NCBI GenBank assembly: GCA_973895155.1 | Contig: OZ316899.1 | Coordinates: forward strand, 13,395,934-13,459,933 | Length of the DNA stretch: 64,000 nt | Source: Marsupella aquatica | Taxonomy: Eukaryota; Plantae; Marchantiophyta | Reading direction: 5' to 3' | In this document: piece by piece, positions 39,327-51,519 of the stretch | Layout of the letters: each line of letters opens with the position of its first letter | Position numbering within the stretch: the stretch's first letter is position 1 | The notes under the pieces: generated by a model | The model's database searches: none | Told to the model about the DNA's origin: nothing | What the model saw: the letters and a program-made list of their open reading frames with translations, nothing else | Translations under genes and position numbers: made by a program

Positions 39327-39730
39327 CATGAAGCAGGGGCTTCCGGATGATGTGGATCAATCCACAATAGAATTGCAAACAATATGTGAGACAACAATTG
39401 TTCATGTTGACCAAAGCAGGAAGCCTCGCGCCAAAGCAAAAGCAGATACTACGGCCCCAAGTGAATCAACAAGATCTGGGAAAAAATGTAAGTATAATTT
39501 GTATCTCATTGGTTAGCGCTCGACGCTACTATGGCAGTCAATATCTGTCACATTGTTAGCGCCCGGCGCTGCTATGGCAGTCAATATCTGTTACATTGTT
39601 AGCGCCCGACGCTGCTATGAGTGTCAATATTTCAGAAACTGAATTAGTATCATTAGTCAAAAAAGTGTATATTTATGGCCAAGTCTTAGAGATAGTTTGG
39701 CTTGCGCTGGGCGTTAGCCTTGTCGTTGCC
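39327..39730 (+). repeat. First copy of a 404-bp direct duplication
   Basis: Ungapped match to 51116-51519 with about 14 substitutions by eye, mostly transitions. Confidence 0.95.
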
Positions 39731-40512
39731 CCTGGGCCCCCAGCCTTTGTATAGTTAAGGGGTATACGTGCGTACAACCCCTTAACATATACCCCTTATT
39801 ATCTTTGGACACCCATAAAAATACCTCTTGTTATTCTTAAAAAGTTAATTTCAGAGAATTTATTTGCCCCTTGCCAGAATTATAAATAGACAATTAGTCA
39901 AATTTATAAAGGTCTTGAAATTTTATAAATTTTTGCGTTAATACAAAAGTGCTGAAAAATATACCATTAAATAATAGGTAATTATAGATAGAGACTTTTT
40001 AAATGGAGTAACATAATTAGATTAACTAGAAGATTCACTATATTTTAGCACATGTAATAGTGTAGTCTCTCTGTTTTAGCACATGTGATAGTGCTTGCAA
40101 ATGTACCTATTGTTCAACTATAAGAGCATATATGGTTGCACAACTGCTCTCTTACAAACGTACCTATCTATAGAAAACATTATGTTGCACGCATGTCAGT
40201 TCAATGTTTACAGAACTCCTATTTCAACTAAGAGAACCCTCCCGTTGTCTTTCATCTTCAAGTGATCCTGAGTGAACACAATCCAAAAATTTACATCAGA
40301 ACAGTAATGATTTAGCTGTCCAACTAAACTCCTATTTGAAGAATGTAAACCTAATGAACACATGTTCTATTGTATTTCATATCAAATGGGATATCAAATT
40401 GTTCACAAAAACAAATAGAATGTGAAGTACTTGCCTGCAAGAAAATCTTGTCACCCTGTATGGTTGAATTCTCAGAACTTCACCATCTCTGTCTACATCT
40501 CTGTCGTACCAA

Positions 40513-43500
40513 TCACTTATGTGCTTTAGCAAAATCATCCAACAGATTTGCATCACAGGGATGCAAATGAAAAACATTTGGAGTTGTGGGATTCACTGAT
40601 AGTGTCACGTTTGATATGACACAGTCCAAATCAATCCACTGAGGATCACAAACATTGTAAGCAAATTTGTGCTTACTATTTCCAATCCTTGAAAACCATT
40701 CAAAACGAACTCTTACAGCTTCTTCACCGCCAGGCCTATCAAGTAAATCCACTGATTGTCTTGTTCTACCCATCACCCGACCCTGATACTTTCGTTGGAT
40801 GCACTGTACCCTCCCTATCCACCAAGTGTACTTAAGGCCATCAGGGACTATGGTAACATTCACAGATTCTCCCCTTGGCCTTTTTGGATTGGGGGCAGAA
40901 GATCCACTTGTCCCACGTTCCTTCCTTGCTCTTTTCCCTTTCATAGCTTTTTGTATAGCCTCAGTGGCTCTTGTGCCCCGAATCTGTATTGTTGTATCAG
41001 CAAAGAGAACTCCACAATCACTACCCACAGTCATGAACATGGTGACTGCTCCTGCTCGATCTTTGGGTGCATCAACTAAATTGTTGAAGGACAAGCTCTA
41101 TTTCACTCTAGTCAAACGATCCTTACTTACATTGGGGTTGCCAACTAGTTGGCTCACCAATGTGCTCTTATACATTGTTCGACCATCAAAACTCATAGTT
41201 GGTCTAATGTCAAGAACAGGTTGTCCATACACCAAGTCTGAATGCATTTCAGACATAACAGCTGAACAATGATCTCCTACTATTGCAATGCTTGGCCTGT
41301 CACTATCTTCAATGATTTCACTACCTTCTGCCATTGCAATATCTGTTGGGATTTCAGTATCGGTTGGAAGTGTGGGGATGGTTACATTAGCTACAGCTTG
41401 CCTGACCTCCCTACCTGATTCTTCATCATCACTATCAACAGGAGCAAGATCCTCCACTTGAACATCACACCATCCTCCAAACTTGGACCCTTTCTTTTCA
41501 GTAACCCAAGGTGAGTCCCACCATACTTTATCCCTACAAGATGTAGATGGATTCATCTGTAGCTCGATTCCTACAGTCTGGGCTAAACTAACCCTTCTTT
41601 CAAGGCTACCACAATTTCTTCATTAGTTTCAACACGTGTATAGTCTACAGGATTAACAGAAGTACTAACTTGTACTGGTACTGGATGAAGTTTCATCCAA
41701 ATATTGCAATGCTTCTTGTGACTTTTCCCAGCCCCTCTAATCCCTTTGCTGAGATCCATTGCTGCCAACCTATTCAAAGATGTTGCACAGTCAATCAACT
41801 CAGAGAAATCATAGCTGCGCTCATTCCCTTTCATTCCTCCTACTTTGGAGAAAAACTATTCACAAGCATCAGATCCTGTCAAATGCAATGGCACATTTGG
41901 CAAATGTCAAAAATTATCCCTGAATTGGATAATTAGAAGTACCACAAAATGCACAGACATCTGAATATCAAGAAATGTCTGCATAGGGACACAACTCACA
42001 GTAAAATTGATTGCTGTTGTGTTACCCCCAACACTATGATTTCCATGAAAACACCATAATCGCCAAAGGCGGAAAAAGAAACTAACTTTGCCACAGAGCA
42101 CAACCCGTTCTCTCAAGGTGAGACAAGGATTCATAAAGATATCCAAGTAATCACCACATATTGTGAGATACATCTCAGTCCCCAGAGTTCGCTCAACTCT
42201 TGCATCTTTCCTTTCACGAAGCATTCTTAGTACCTTCACAACTTTCCTACTACATAGTCATTGTGCACTAGCCCAATTCTGTCTATCATTCCGTGTAACA
42301 TCACCTTTGTTCAACCCATGATCCAAGTTGCTATATAAATGTTGGAGAGTGTCCAAGTTACTGATTCCAGCCACCTCTGTTCCCAACTTCAAAGTTCTGG
42401 CAGCAGAATCAAGTGGGTTTATTAACTTCTTTCTATTATGAATGTAATCCTGATCATGTAACCCAACACCATGTGTATGACATCCATTGGTAGTGAATGA
42501 GTGGCTTAATAGCCAACCTTCCCATCTCAGATTTTGTCTTTGCCCTTGATATGAGCTTTGACCAGTGTAGTCTTCTAGCATGAGCTTCCTCCTTCGTGCA
42601 TCTCCATCACTGGCATGACCCAAGAGAGGACCAACTGAGTCTAGACAATATTTAGCCCACATAGTGTCTGTGGACTTCCATTGCTGACTGACAAAATTTG
42701 TAGTAAACTTACCGCATGTACTCATGGCTACCATGCAAAACTTAGGAAATCTTTCTGCAAGAGGATTTACTACTATGCATCTGGCCTGGTTTCCAATTTT
42801 GTAATTCTCAAAGGTATAAGTGATTTTGCTGAAACCCTCCTCTCCTGCTCCAACCTTTATTGTCAAGCCAACCACACACTGGTGATCCTCTTTCAACCCA
42901 CAAAACCCCAATAATGTGTCATGTTTTGGTTGCCATCTGCAACACAGCCATCCACAGTAGTGGTCAGCCACAGACCTCTTGAGGAGAGGGATAATAGACA
43001 AAAATTTGCTTCTGTAGGATGTTGTCAGGGAAATGAAATCACCTGACTGTCCGCTTAAGACAAGTCTCATCTTCTGCCAAATAGCATGGCACGGGACCTG
43101 TGATCCCCATCCTCTGCTTTAGCTGAGAGTATACAGCGGCAACAAACTTGAACTGGTCAGCATGCAAACCAGGCCTAAATACAGCCATGGCTCTCCTATC
43201 CCGTTGAAGGGTGTTCAGGCTAGGGCCTAATGCATTACTTTGCAAGCAGTCCACCACACGCCTGCCACCGTGTTGGAACAATATCTGGGAAAGAAGTTTA
43301 GTGTCGGGCCGAAAGGTGTTTCCTTCTTTCTTCCTATTAAGGTTTGCAGCTACATCTTGCAACAAGTCCCATAGGGCCTCTCTCCCACCAAATGCACCAC
43401 GTTGGTGAGCCAAGACTATGTCATTGCAGAACTTGTATAGGTCTTTCCTAATTCCAGACTCTTTGCAAAGATCTCTCAAAGTGGGGACTCAAGCCCCCAG

Positions 43501-45251
43501 CATGCACAGGCGGTGCTGCTAAGCTCTGAGACGTTTTCTGAGAGACAAAATGTTTCTCTTGTAAGTTTTGGCTTGTTCTTGAATCTCAAGAATTGTGAGA
43601 TATGCCAACCGTCTACCCTTACCGATTCCTCGAGTACCTCTTTTCTCTACTGCAATGTCCTCTCTAAAGGCTCTTAACCGGAAGTCACCCATCCTTGCAA
43701 TACTGTAACATTCTTCACAAGTCAGATCCTGGAAACCACCAAGAAGCTGTGATGCTCTACTACAATTCACATGCCTGAACAGTCCTTCTATCAAACAAGA
43801 TTCTTGGCCTAGAAGACACCACACCTCTGCCCTTACCCCTGGCTCCGCGTACCATGCTCCGTCAACCTTTGGCTGATCTAATAGGATATCCTTGATAGGT
43901 ATTGAACTGAGTTCCGCCACAATCCCCAACACAACAATGACCAAGGGTGGGGTTTACCTGGATCTCCTATCACATCCCCTGAATGGCCTGAACCTCCACT
44001 GTAACCACTCCCTCCTGAACCACTCCCTCCAGCTGTCCCTCCTGACCGGCTGCTGGAAGCAATATCTTTGGCCTGCCGGGTTAAGAACCCATTAATGGTT
44101 CTTTGGCAAACATCCCTCTTATCATCCTTAGGAGGTCTGCCTGATCTTCCTGACAGTACTGGTGCACCAGGTGGTGGCTTTAAACTCCTAGCCACTACTG
44201 ATAGATGATTTGCATAGATGCAATGGGATTTCAGATTAACCTCCAGATTACGTTGCTTGGGTACCAAAGTGAACACGTCGGAGCAAAAATGGCACCCCAC
44301 TTTGAACCGCTCTAACTTCACCACAGGCTCCTTTTGAACATCACCTATAATGTAGAAGGTAGGTTTGGACACAGGCTCAGATTCATTGAGCCTTTCAACA
44401 ATCTGAACGTGCATGTCAAGAGTTGCACGATCATTCAAGGAGGAAGCTGCAGCCCTTCGACTGATCTCAGCAGAGTCTACTCTCTGCCCCCTATTATGTG
44501 CCACATTTTTGGCATGCTTTGGGGTGATCAAATGCTTCTGTTTGAAATTTGTGAAACAATTAGTGACAGACACCCTATCCATAACATACTTAGACGATCC
44601 AGATATATTAGTGTTGCACTCGCAACACTCTATCTTACCACATGGAACACCACCACTGTCCCAAGTTTTGACGCTCCACTTGTGGTCCTCACACTTTATG
44701 AAGACCATATGCTCCTTCAGCTTGTCAACACTGGACACCCAGAGCTTGGCCAGATCATTTGACATAGTTGTTGACTGGAAACTCACATGTGGATCATCAT
44801 CCACAGTTACATGCAAATGGTCATTAGGGAGAGCTGAAGTTGGGGGCGAAACAGGCAGAGACAAGTCCTGTTGTCACCACTGTATCTCAGGCTCTACCCT
44901 AACTTCAGTGTGCCACTCTCCGTCACTAACACTCTTACTCAGAGCCTCAGCATTGGAGGCATTGCTGCTTCCAACATCAACCCCCACTTTTTGGATGGGC
45001 ACAGACTGTATTTTGGGGATGATGACAATCTTTCCATCACAATCATCAATGAGGTTGCCTTTTTCCCAAGCAGCACGCAATCTACAACCTCCCACGCTAT
45101 CAATAAAATCAAAATCAAAGTCCCAAAGTTCCAAATCCACCATTTTCTGCCTAGCATCCGCCAAGGTCCATCTAGGGAGACAACTAATGGTCCCTGAGTG
45201 TTTTCTGGTCCCTGACTCATGGTCAACGAGAAATACAAGCACAGGCGGCAT
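40513..45251 (-). pseudogene. P-element/THAP9-like DDE transposase with N-terminal zinc fingers and a possible C-terminal BAH-like domain; disrupted
   Basis: Ordered motifs LAEDET (~43070), GHASDGD (~42605), DQDYIHNRKKLIN (DxxH, ~42440), DRQN (~42285) and GSDACE*FFS (~41865) parallel the P transposase FDEM / SDxG / DxxHxxK / DKQ / QDxLExFF motifs. Intron 42937-43042. Zinc fingers CCEC..H..H and CHFC..H..H in 43878-44864. C-terminus WWIGRVQCI..VRFEWF..IDLDCVISNVTL. Confidence 0.75.
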
Positions 45252-45622
45252 GAAAAAATCACAGATTCAGACCTGCAAGCAATACATTGGACATGTCACA
45301 TTCAAGCATTTCCCCACAATATACACATGTCAATTACACAATCAACACTACCAAAAGAACCACCATTCTGATATAGAAGTCTGTAAACTTTACAGTCCAT
45401 TTCTTGAGATTGCAAAACCTATCTCAAAAGTTTCAGATTGATCCAAGTATATACAATAGAACTACAAAAAATAATCTGGGTGGTGCACTAACTCTTGGAA
45501 ATGAGTAACGCTTCAAAATCAAGTACTGAGGTTCAAAATCGCCTACGTCTGTCAGTCTCCTCATCACTATCACTACCCCAACCTCCCCAATGTGGTTGTT
45601 CTCTCCAAACATTTAATTTTGG

Positions 45623-46288
45623 CTAATGTGGAATAGTCTTCACGGTGTGGGGATAAGCCCACAACCAATGGAATTCCACTTGGTTCAAGTCAGGATGAAC
45701 CACTGCCACTGAAACCCTGCGTGATGGAATGTCACAACAGACTAACATGCAACATCCACATAAGCTTCCATCTGCCATTTTAGCAGTTGGTAGACCACAG
45801 ACATTTACGGTTCTTGAATATGTACAGAGAGGTTGAGGAGGGAGTTGTCTATTTCGGTAGGGATACAGTTTCCAAAATACGTCAACCAAAAACTCTGTGG
45901 CCAGAGGATTTTCCAGACCATCAATGACGTCCTGGATTTCATCAAAACATTCCTTTCTATTTTCCTTGTAGAAGTTTGCTTCATACAACAGAAGCCCCTT
46001 CACCACATGACAACAGTGAAGAATGAAGGTCTTCACTGCACTAGATTTGATGAGGAGAAATATAACATTTCTATTGTACTTGACATATTTGTCCCATCTG
46101 ATGTAAATCATTCTATCGCCTTGATCCACGAAGAAATGGTGCACATTCAGGTAATATTCTCTGCAGAGTAGCCCTGCAATATGCATAGTTAATTCTGAAT
46201 TCAACCTCTTCAAGTGTAACAGAAGATCCCCTCTGCCATAATCAGGCTCGGGTAGTATCCACTTCAGGTATGGATAAATCTCCAACAT
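45623..46288 (-). CDS. Hypothetical protein, last exon of a probable multi-exon cargo gene in the P-like element
   Basis: Uninterrupted 221-aa ORF preceded by an AG acceptor at ~46293. Further GT-AG-bounded exon-like segments lie upstream to ~50450. Confidence 0.5.
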   Translation of the reverse strand: MLEIYPYLKWILPEPDYGRGDLLLHLKRLNSELTMHIAGLLCREYYLNVHHFFVDQGDRMIYIRWDKYVKYNRNVIFLLIKSSAVKTFILHCCHVVKGLLLYEANFYKENRKECFDEIQDVIDGLENPLATEFLVDVFWKLYPYRNRQLPPQPLCTYSRTVNVCGLPTAKMADGSLCGCCMLVCCDIPSRRVSVAVVHPDLNQVEFHWLWAYPHTVKTIPH

Positions 46289-49200
46289 TGCCTGTTAAAA
46301 CCAGGCAGAATGTAGTGAGTTATTAAATCTAAACTGTGACCTCCCCAATCAAATACCCTAGTACACACCTACAACAGCCCACTGCTTGGGAGACCACATC
46401 CATTGGACCAACCCCCAAGAGAGCCTTGCCCCATCCCGGCCATTGCGCTTGGTGATTGGCTTCTACAAATCCAAGTCAGTTTTCTCCGAGAAATCTCGGG
46501 TGGGAAGGGTGGACCCTTTGCTGACAAGGATTCCAATGTCAATGTAAGCACTGGAGGGATTGGGATCTGTAACATGCTCATGTGTGCTTGGCATGTATAG
46601 TCGGGTTTCCCACACTCCAATTCCCTCCACTCGAACACAGTGGACTTGGACTCAGTACCTATTGACCCTAAGTGCCCCAAGAAATTGGATTCCTTGACAA
46701 TCCCGGACCAACCAAACCCTAACACTTTGGGCTCTAATCAGGAATGCCATTGGCGATCAACTCCAAGGCCCCCCTCCCAGGCAACCTGCTCTCTCATTCA
46801 AGGGGCGCTAGACTGCTGGGTCATCACTTCCAACAAGTCTCCTCCGGGGGCATTAGTTCCCCGGGGTCCCAATGAACTTGAGGAACCTGCAAACCAACAC
46901 TTGCAATAGCAGGAAAGGAAATTGCAAAAAGGACCTAGAAAATAAAAACTTGCAAACTTACCTAAGCAACACACAATGCCTGTCAGTTAGCATCTGTGGA
47001 AACATTACAGATACAGTAATCCAGAAGGAAATAGTACAAAATTCAAAATTGATTGGATACCTTGTGATGGTGGAACCCAACACTTGGGGGCGTCTGTCCT
47101 TCCTGACTTCAGAGGTGTATGAATCTGCATAAATGACAACAAAAATTGAGTTGAAGGAATATCTTTAAAAATAGTTTGCAGTGGGACTATTTAGAAGGGT
47201 AATGCCAGGAAAAGGAAGGTATTGCCATATACCGTCACATCAATGATCCCCCAAATCTTACCTTACAGCATCCCACACACTGAGTATGCTTTTGGAGGTG
47301 GGGCGTAGGGGCAGAATACTATCGCAATGATCACTCCCTCCTATAAAAAGTGAGAAGCAAAGAGAAGGCATTAAGTGAATAGCAATTCAAATTTGTCTTA
47401 TTAGTAATGCAACACAATTAGCATGGGCAATTGAAATTGTTACCATTTCAGCCCACATTTCAGTAATCACCTATTGAGCAAATTACTAAATTTTGTGATC
47501 AAATAAAGTTACGCAATACTGTTGTAGTGAACAAATGAAGTGGTTTTTGTAATATTGCAATCTGTTTAGGATATTTCAATGGGTGAATATGGTTATTTGA
47601 ATAATGCAACCCATTGCAAAGGTTTGAATTAGCAAAAAAACTTCAGGTCAATCTGTAAATCCGAGATAGATTGGCAAAGAGATTGGCTAGGACACAACTA
47701 GGATGCCCCCAGGGATGTTCAAAATAAATTTGAACATTGATTTTGTGGACCAGGTCAGAATTCAGCTGGAGGCCAAAAGAGATCATTTGCGACAACAACT
47801 CCATTCATAGACAATCATGTTGAAGGAGTGCATGGGCTTGGGAAAAATACTCCTTGCAAAATTAGAGGGATAATAGAGGGGCCCAAGGCTTTAAGGCAGA
47901 TTTTGTAGAATACTTTAGGGTGTGTTAGGCTTCAGTTGTGTTAATTATCCAATTGTACATAGTTTCTTACGTACGTTTAGTCTCCTATTTCACAGTCAAA
48001 TTCAAAATGCCATGAAATCACATTTGATATTGTAGACGCCCCACTAAATGATCCTCTGCTCGGGGGCAAACAGTCTCAACTCCTGGACCTAAGACCCGCT
48101 CATCATGATTCCAAATTACAAAAGCGCCCACCTTCTGATTCTGTTTTGACCAGCCTAGTTATAAAAATTGCCTAGGCGTACCAGACAATTTGGACAAGAC
48201 ATCTCACAGCTGTGGATACATCCAGAGTATAGAGTATACTCTAATTGTGCCATGCCATTGACAAGTGGGACAATGCGAATACCTTTGGGCAACACATGAA
48301 TGCCCTCAGATATTGGCCGACTATAGGTGTTCCTATGTACAATTGGATATTCCCAGACCACAGTGGAACTGGCAGGAACCAACCTCATGGAAACAAGCTT
48401 GAGACGAAATCTTTCTCCTCTGCCGTCAAGGTCTGCTCCAAGATGGCTGCGTGTCCTAGGCATCTCAACCTTCTAGAGAGCTTGAAGATTTACACCTGAG
48501 GCAGTACAGAATGACATATGGTCAGAGTAAATTCACAAAGCACCAAGCCAAAATGAGAATGTATAAGCAAATAACTAATTCATAAGCTTCTTTTCGATCA
48601 AACAACGACATTTCTACCCCTTAGTACACAATTATTCCTAGACTAGTACAATCAACACAGAGGAGAACTGAGATAGAGGATGTTGGATTACCTACAGAAC
48701 CAATTAGTCCAAGCACAGCCCAAGCACATTTGTGGCACCTCCCTTCCAAGAAAATGGCAAACTACCCAAAAGTAGACACTTTCCACCTAGCCCGTGGTAG
48801 ACACCTTCCATAGGGACTTCTGCAGCACTAGCCGCACACGGGGCCGCACATTCGACAGATAAAATGCCGGGACAGCAAGAGCAACAGCTCCTGCACACAT
48901 TTGAAGCACAAATTTAACCGCGATGGAGCAACAAATAGGAGTTCACCATGCTCCGCTACTCTGAACAAGAGCAAATGATATACCAACAGATTTGAAAATC
49001 ACTATGTGCAGGAAGAACGATTATATTTGAAAATAACCTGTTTGCTTGCAATTCCCTCTGCCAGCAGCGCTTCCCGTAGACAAGCTTGGCAAACTCAGGC
49101 TCGGGCTGACGCTCTTCAACAGTCCAAAACTAAACCTCCCGGGCTGCAATCGCTTGCAGTCTTTTGAGGTGGATAGCGCTCACCCAAACAAAAACTCTGC

Positions 49201-50559
49201 TATCACAAAAAATATTAGCTAAAGGAAACCAACACTCCACAACTGCACAAGCATTGGCGCCCACAGGAAGCCCTACACAGGAAGCCCTACACCCACATTA
49301 ACAAGACGACAACAATGAGCACGACAATGTGCAAATCGCAGAGAGCACCGTAACTATCCAACAAACTGATAAGAGATAATTGCTTCTTCGTCCTCAACCT
49401 TGGTCCGATCCTACGTTCCTTTGTTTTGATCCTATGAGGAGCTCACATCGGTGTTCAAATATTCCAAACGACAGCGGAAACAAACATAGTCGGGCCCTGC
49501 CAACATTCAATTAACACGGGATTGCCAAAACGCCACAACCAGACTCAACATAAAAGCTTGTACAGCTTCAGCATACAATGAAAGACTAAAATTTCATAGA
49601 CAATGACAATGAGCAGAGGGTGTGCAGGGTGGTGAAAAGGCAAGACACTGATTCGGACCTTTTTGCATTGCACCATCCTAGGATTTGTGGGCCTCTACGG
49701 ATAGCTTGAGACACCGTCTGCAGCTGCACTTGGGGCAACGGTACTAGACCTTACATAGACAATGCCGCCTCCACAACACCCAAGGCACGCCACCTTACAT
49801 TTTCTACAACATTTCCCGGAACATTTGAGCCCTACTGTGAGCCGCAATTTCAAAACAAGAGGAGTTGACCATAGTCGAAAGTGGAGCGAGAAGTGCAATG
49901 CATACCCAAATATTTGAATCTTGTACTATGCGGAGTAAGGTAGTGAGCCTAGTAAGATAGTGAGCACAAAGTTTACTTAGCATGCAAAAAGCAAAGATGT
50001 TGGACCTCTTTCAGATGCCTGGGCTTCCCGCTGGGCTTTCGACAAACGACCAGCAGACAAATGACACTGAGCGCAGATCAACAATAGCCACAGCAACACC
50101 TCAGCCTGCGCCTCACCCTTCTTGCTGATCAACGGTAGCTCGGGCAATAGCTGGCAGTAGGTTTCGAGCTTGCATAGTTAATAAAGTGTATGCATGCAGC
50201 ATAAACAATGGAAAGTATGATCATTCTACATAAACAGTGGGTAGTGTAAAGAAAGTTACCCCTAAACAATGCTCTGAAAAAGGTGCGCCTCCCGCAGTCG
50301 GTCCCGCCAGTGCATGCCTCCCAGCCTTGCAATGTCCCGCTTTGCATCTAACGCCACTTTCGCAAGCATCAAGCGCCGGCCTGACACCACAGCATTTCAT
50401 GTAGGCCCCATAGCTTCCTTCATCCAAGGTCCGTCGCCAACCTGCAAGCCTCCACTTCCTTCAGCCTAAATCAAACCTCTCGACTTGGCAGCACTACATG
50501 AAATCCGGCGGCTCGAAGTTGAGCCCTAATTCCCTTCGACCCCGACTTTGACACTCCCT

Positions 50560-50800
50560 TGGACGCTTTGACCTTGGGCCTTCAACTCCCGCTTCAACTC
50601 ATTCCCTTCAGGATTGAGTTCTCCACCCCTACCTTGGGCCTTCGACTCAAGTACTCCCCTGCCCCGGGCCTTTGACTCACTCCCTTGAGGATTGAGTACT
50701 CCGCCCCTGCCTCGGGCCTTCGACTGATTCCCTTGGGGATTGAGTACTCCCCTGCCCCGGGCCTTTGACTCACTCCCTTGGGGATTGAGTACTCCCCCTG
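50560..50800. repeat. Tandem array of ~40-47-bp units near the 5' end of the P-like element
   Basis: Repeated ggattgagtactcccctgccccgggcctttgactcactccctt-type units. Confidence 0.85.
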
Positions 50801-51115
50801 AACTTTTGCCCCGCAAACACCCAAAACCCCCCATAAATGTACCCCCCAAAAACCTTTCACCTCAAACCCCAAAAGCCAAAATACATTTCATAACTCCTTA
50901 TCCTATTCACCACAAGTATTGGTTAAACTTAACTCAACTCAGGGTGTGCCACGTGGACCAATCTCATTGTGACGCGTGGCGTGCCAAATTCCTGGCCCCC
51001 TTCAAGCAAATTATTTTCGCCGGCATTTTGGATGCCCAGGAATAGTTATAAAGAGATTGTCGTATAAAAGTTGGTCTTGTTGCTTATAATTCAATTATAA
51101 AAATTAATTCAGAAG

Positions 51116-51519
51116 CATGAAGCAGGGGCTTCCGGACGATGTGGATCAATCCACAATAGAATTGCAAACAATATGTGAGACAACAATTGTTCATGTTGAC
51201 CAAAGCAGGAAGCCTCGCGCCAAAGCAAAAGTAGATACTACGGCCCCAAGTGAATCAACAAGATCTGGGAAAAAACATAAGTATAATTTGTATCTCATTG
51301 GTTAGCGCCCCGTGCTGCTATGGCAGTCAATATCTGTCACATTGTTAGCGCCCGGCGTTGCTATGGCAGTCAATATCTGTTACATTGTTAGCGCCCGATG
51401 CTGCTATGAGTGTCAATATTTCAGAAACTGAATTAGTATTTTTAGTCAAAAAAGTGTATATTTATGGCCAAGTCTTAGAGATAGTTTGGCTTGCGCTGGG
51501 CATTAGCCTTGTCGTTGCC
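51116..51519 (+). repeat. Second copy of the 404-bp direct duplication
   Basis: Matches 39327-39730; the host intron and exon continue directly after it (acceptor AACAG at ~51559). Confidence 0.95.

Larger units (their letters stand above)
39731..51115 (-). mobile_element. 11.4-kb insertion encoding a P-element-superfamily-like transposase plus unknown genes
   Basis: Sits exactly between the two 404-bp copies, contains no MULE palindrome that I could find, and encodes a large DDE protein. Confidence 0.8.

Noticed and set aside
39512-39615. Palindromic repeats separated by short spacers resembling a CRISPR array
   Set aside because: The spacers are near-identical (a 43-bp tandem duplication), the context is a eukaryotic intron, and there are no cas genes.
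44413-45441. 342-aa plus-strand ORF
   Set aside because: It is the antisense shadow of the minus-strand P-like transposase N-terminus and has no motif of its own.
39731-51040. CCTGGGC / GCCCAGG as true TIRs of the P-like element
   Set aside because: Only 7 bp long, with no short TSD flanking the pair, and it leaves 75 bp unexplained; kept only as a weak observation.
39731-51115. Helitron interpretation of the 11.4-kb insertion
   Set aside because: It has a terminal hairpin but no Rep/helicase motifs, no clear TC...CTRR ends or A/T insertion site, and it encodes a DDE protein.
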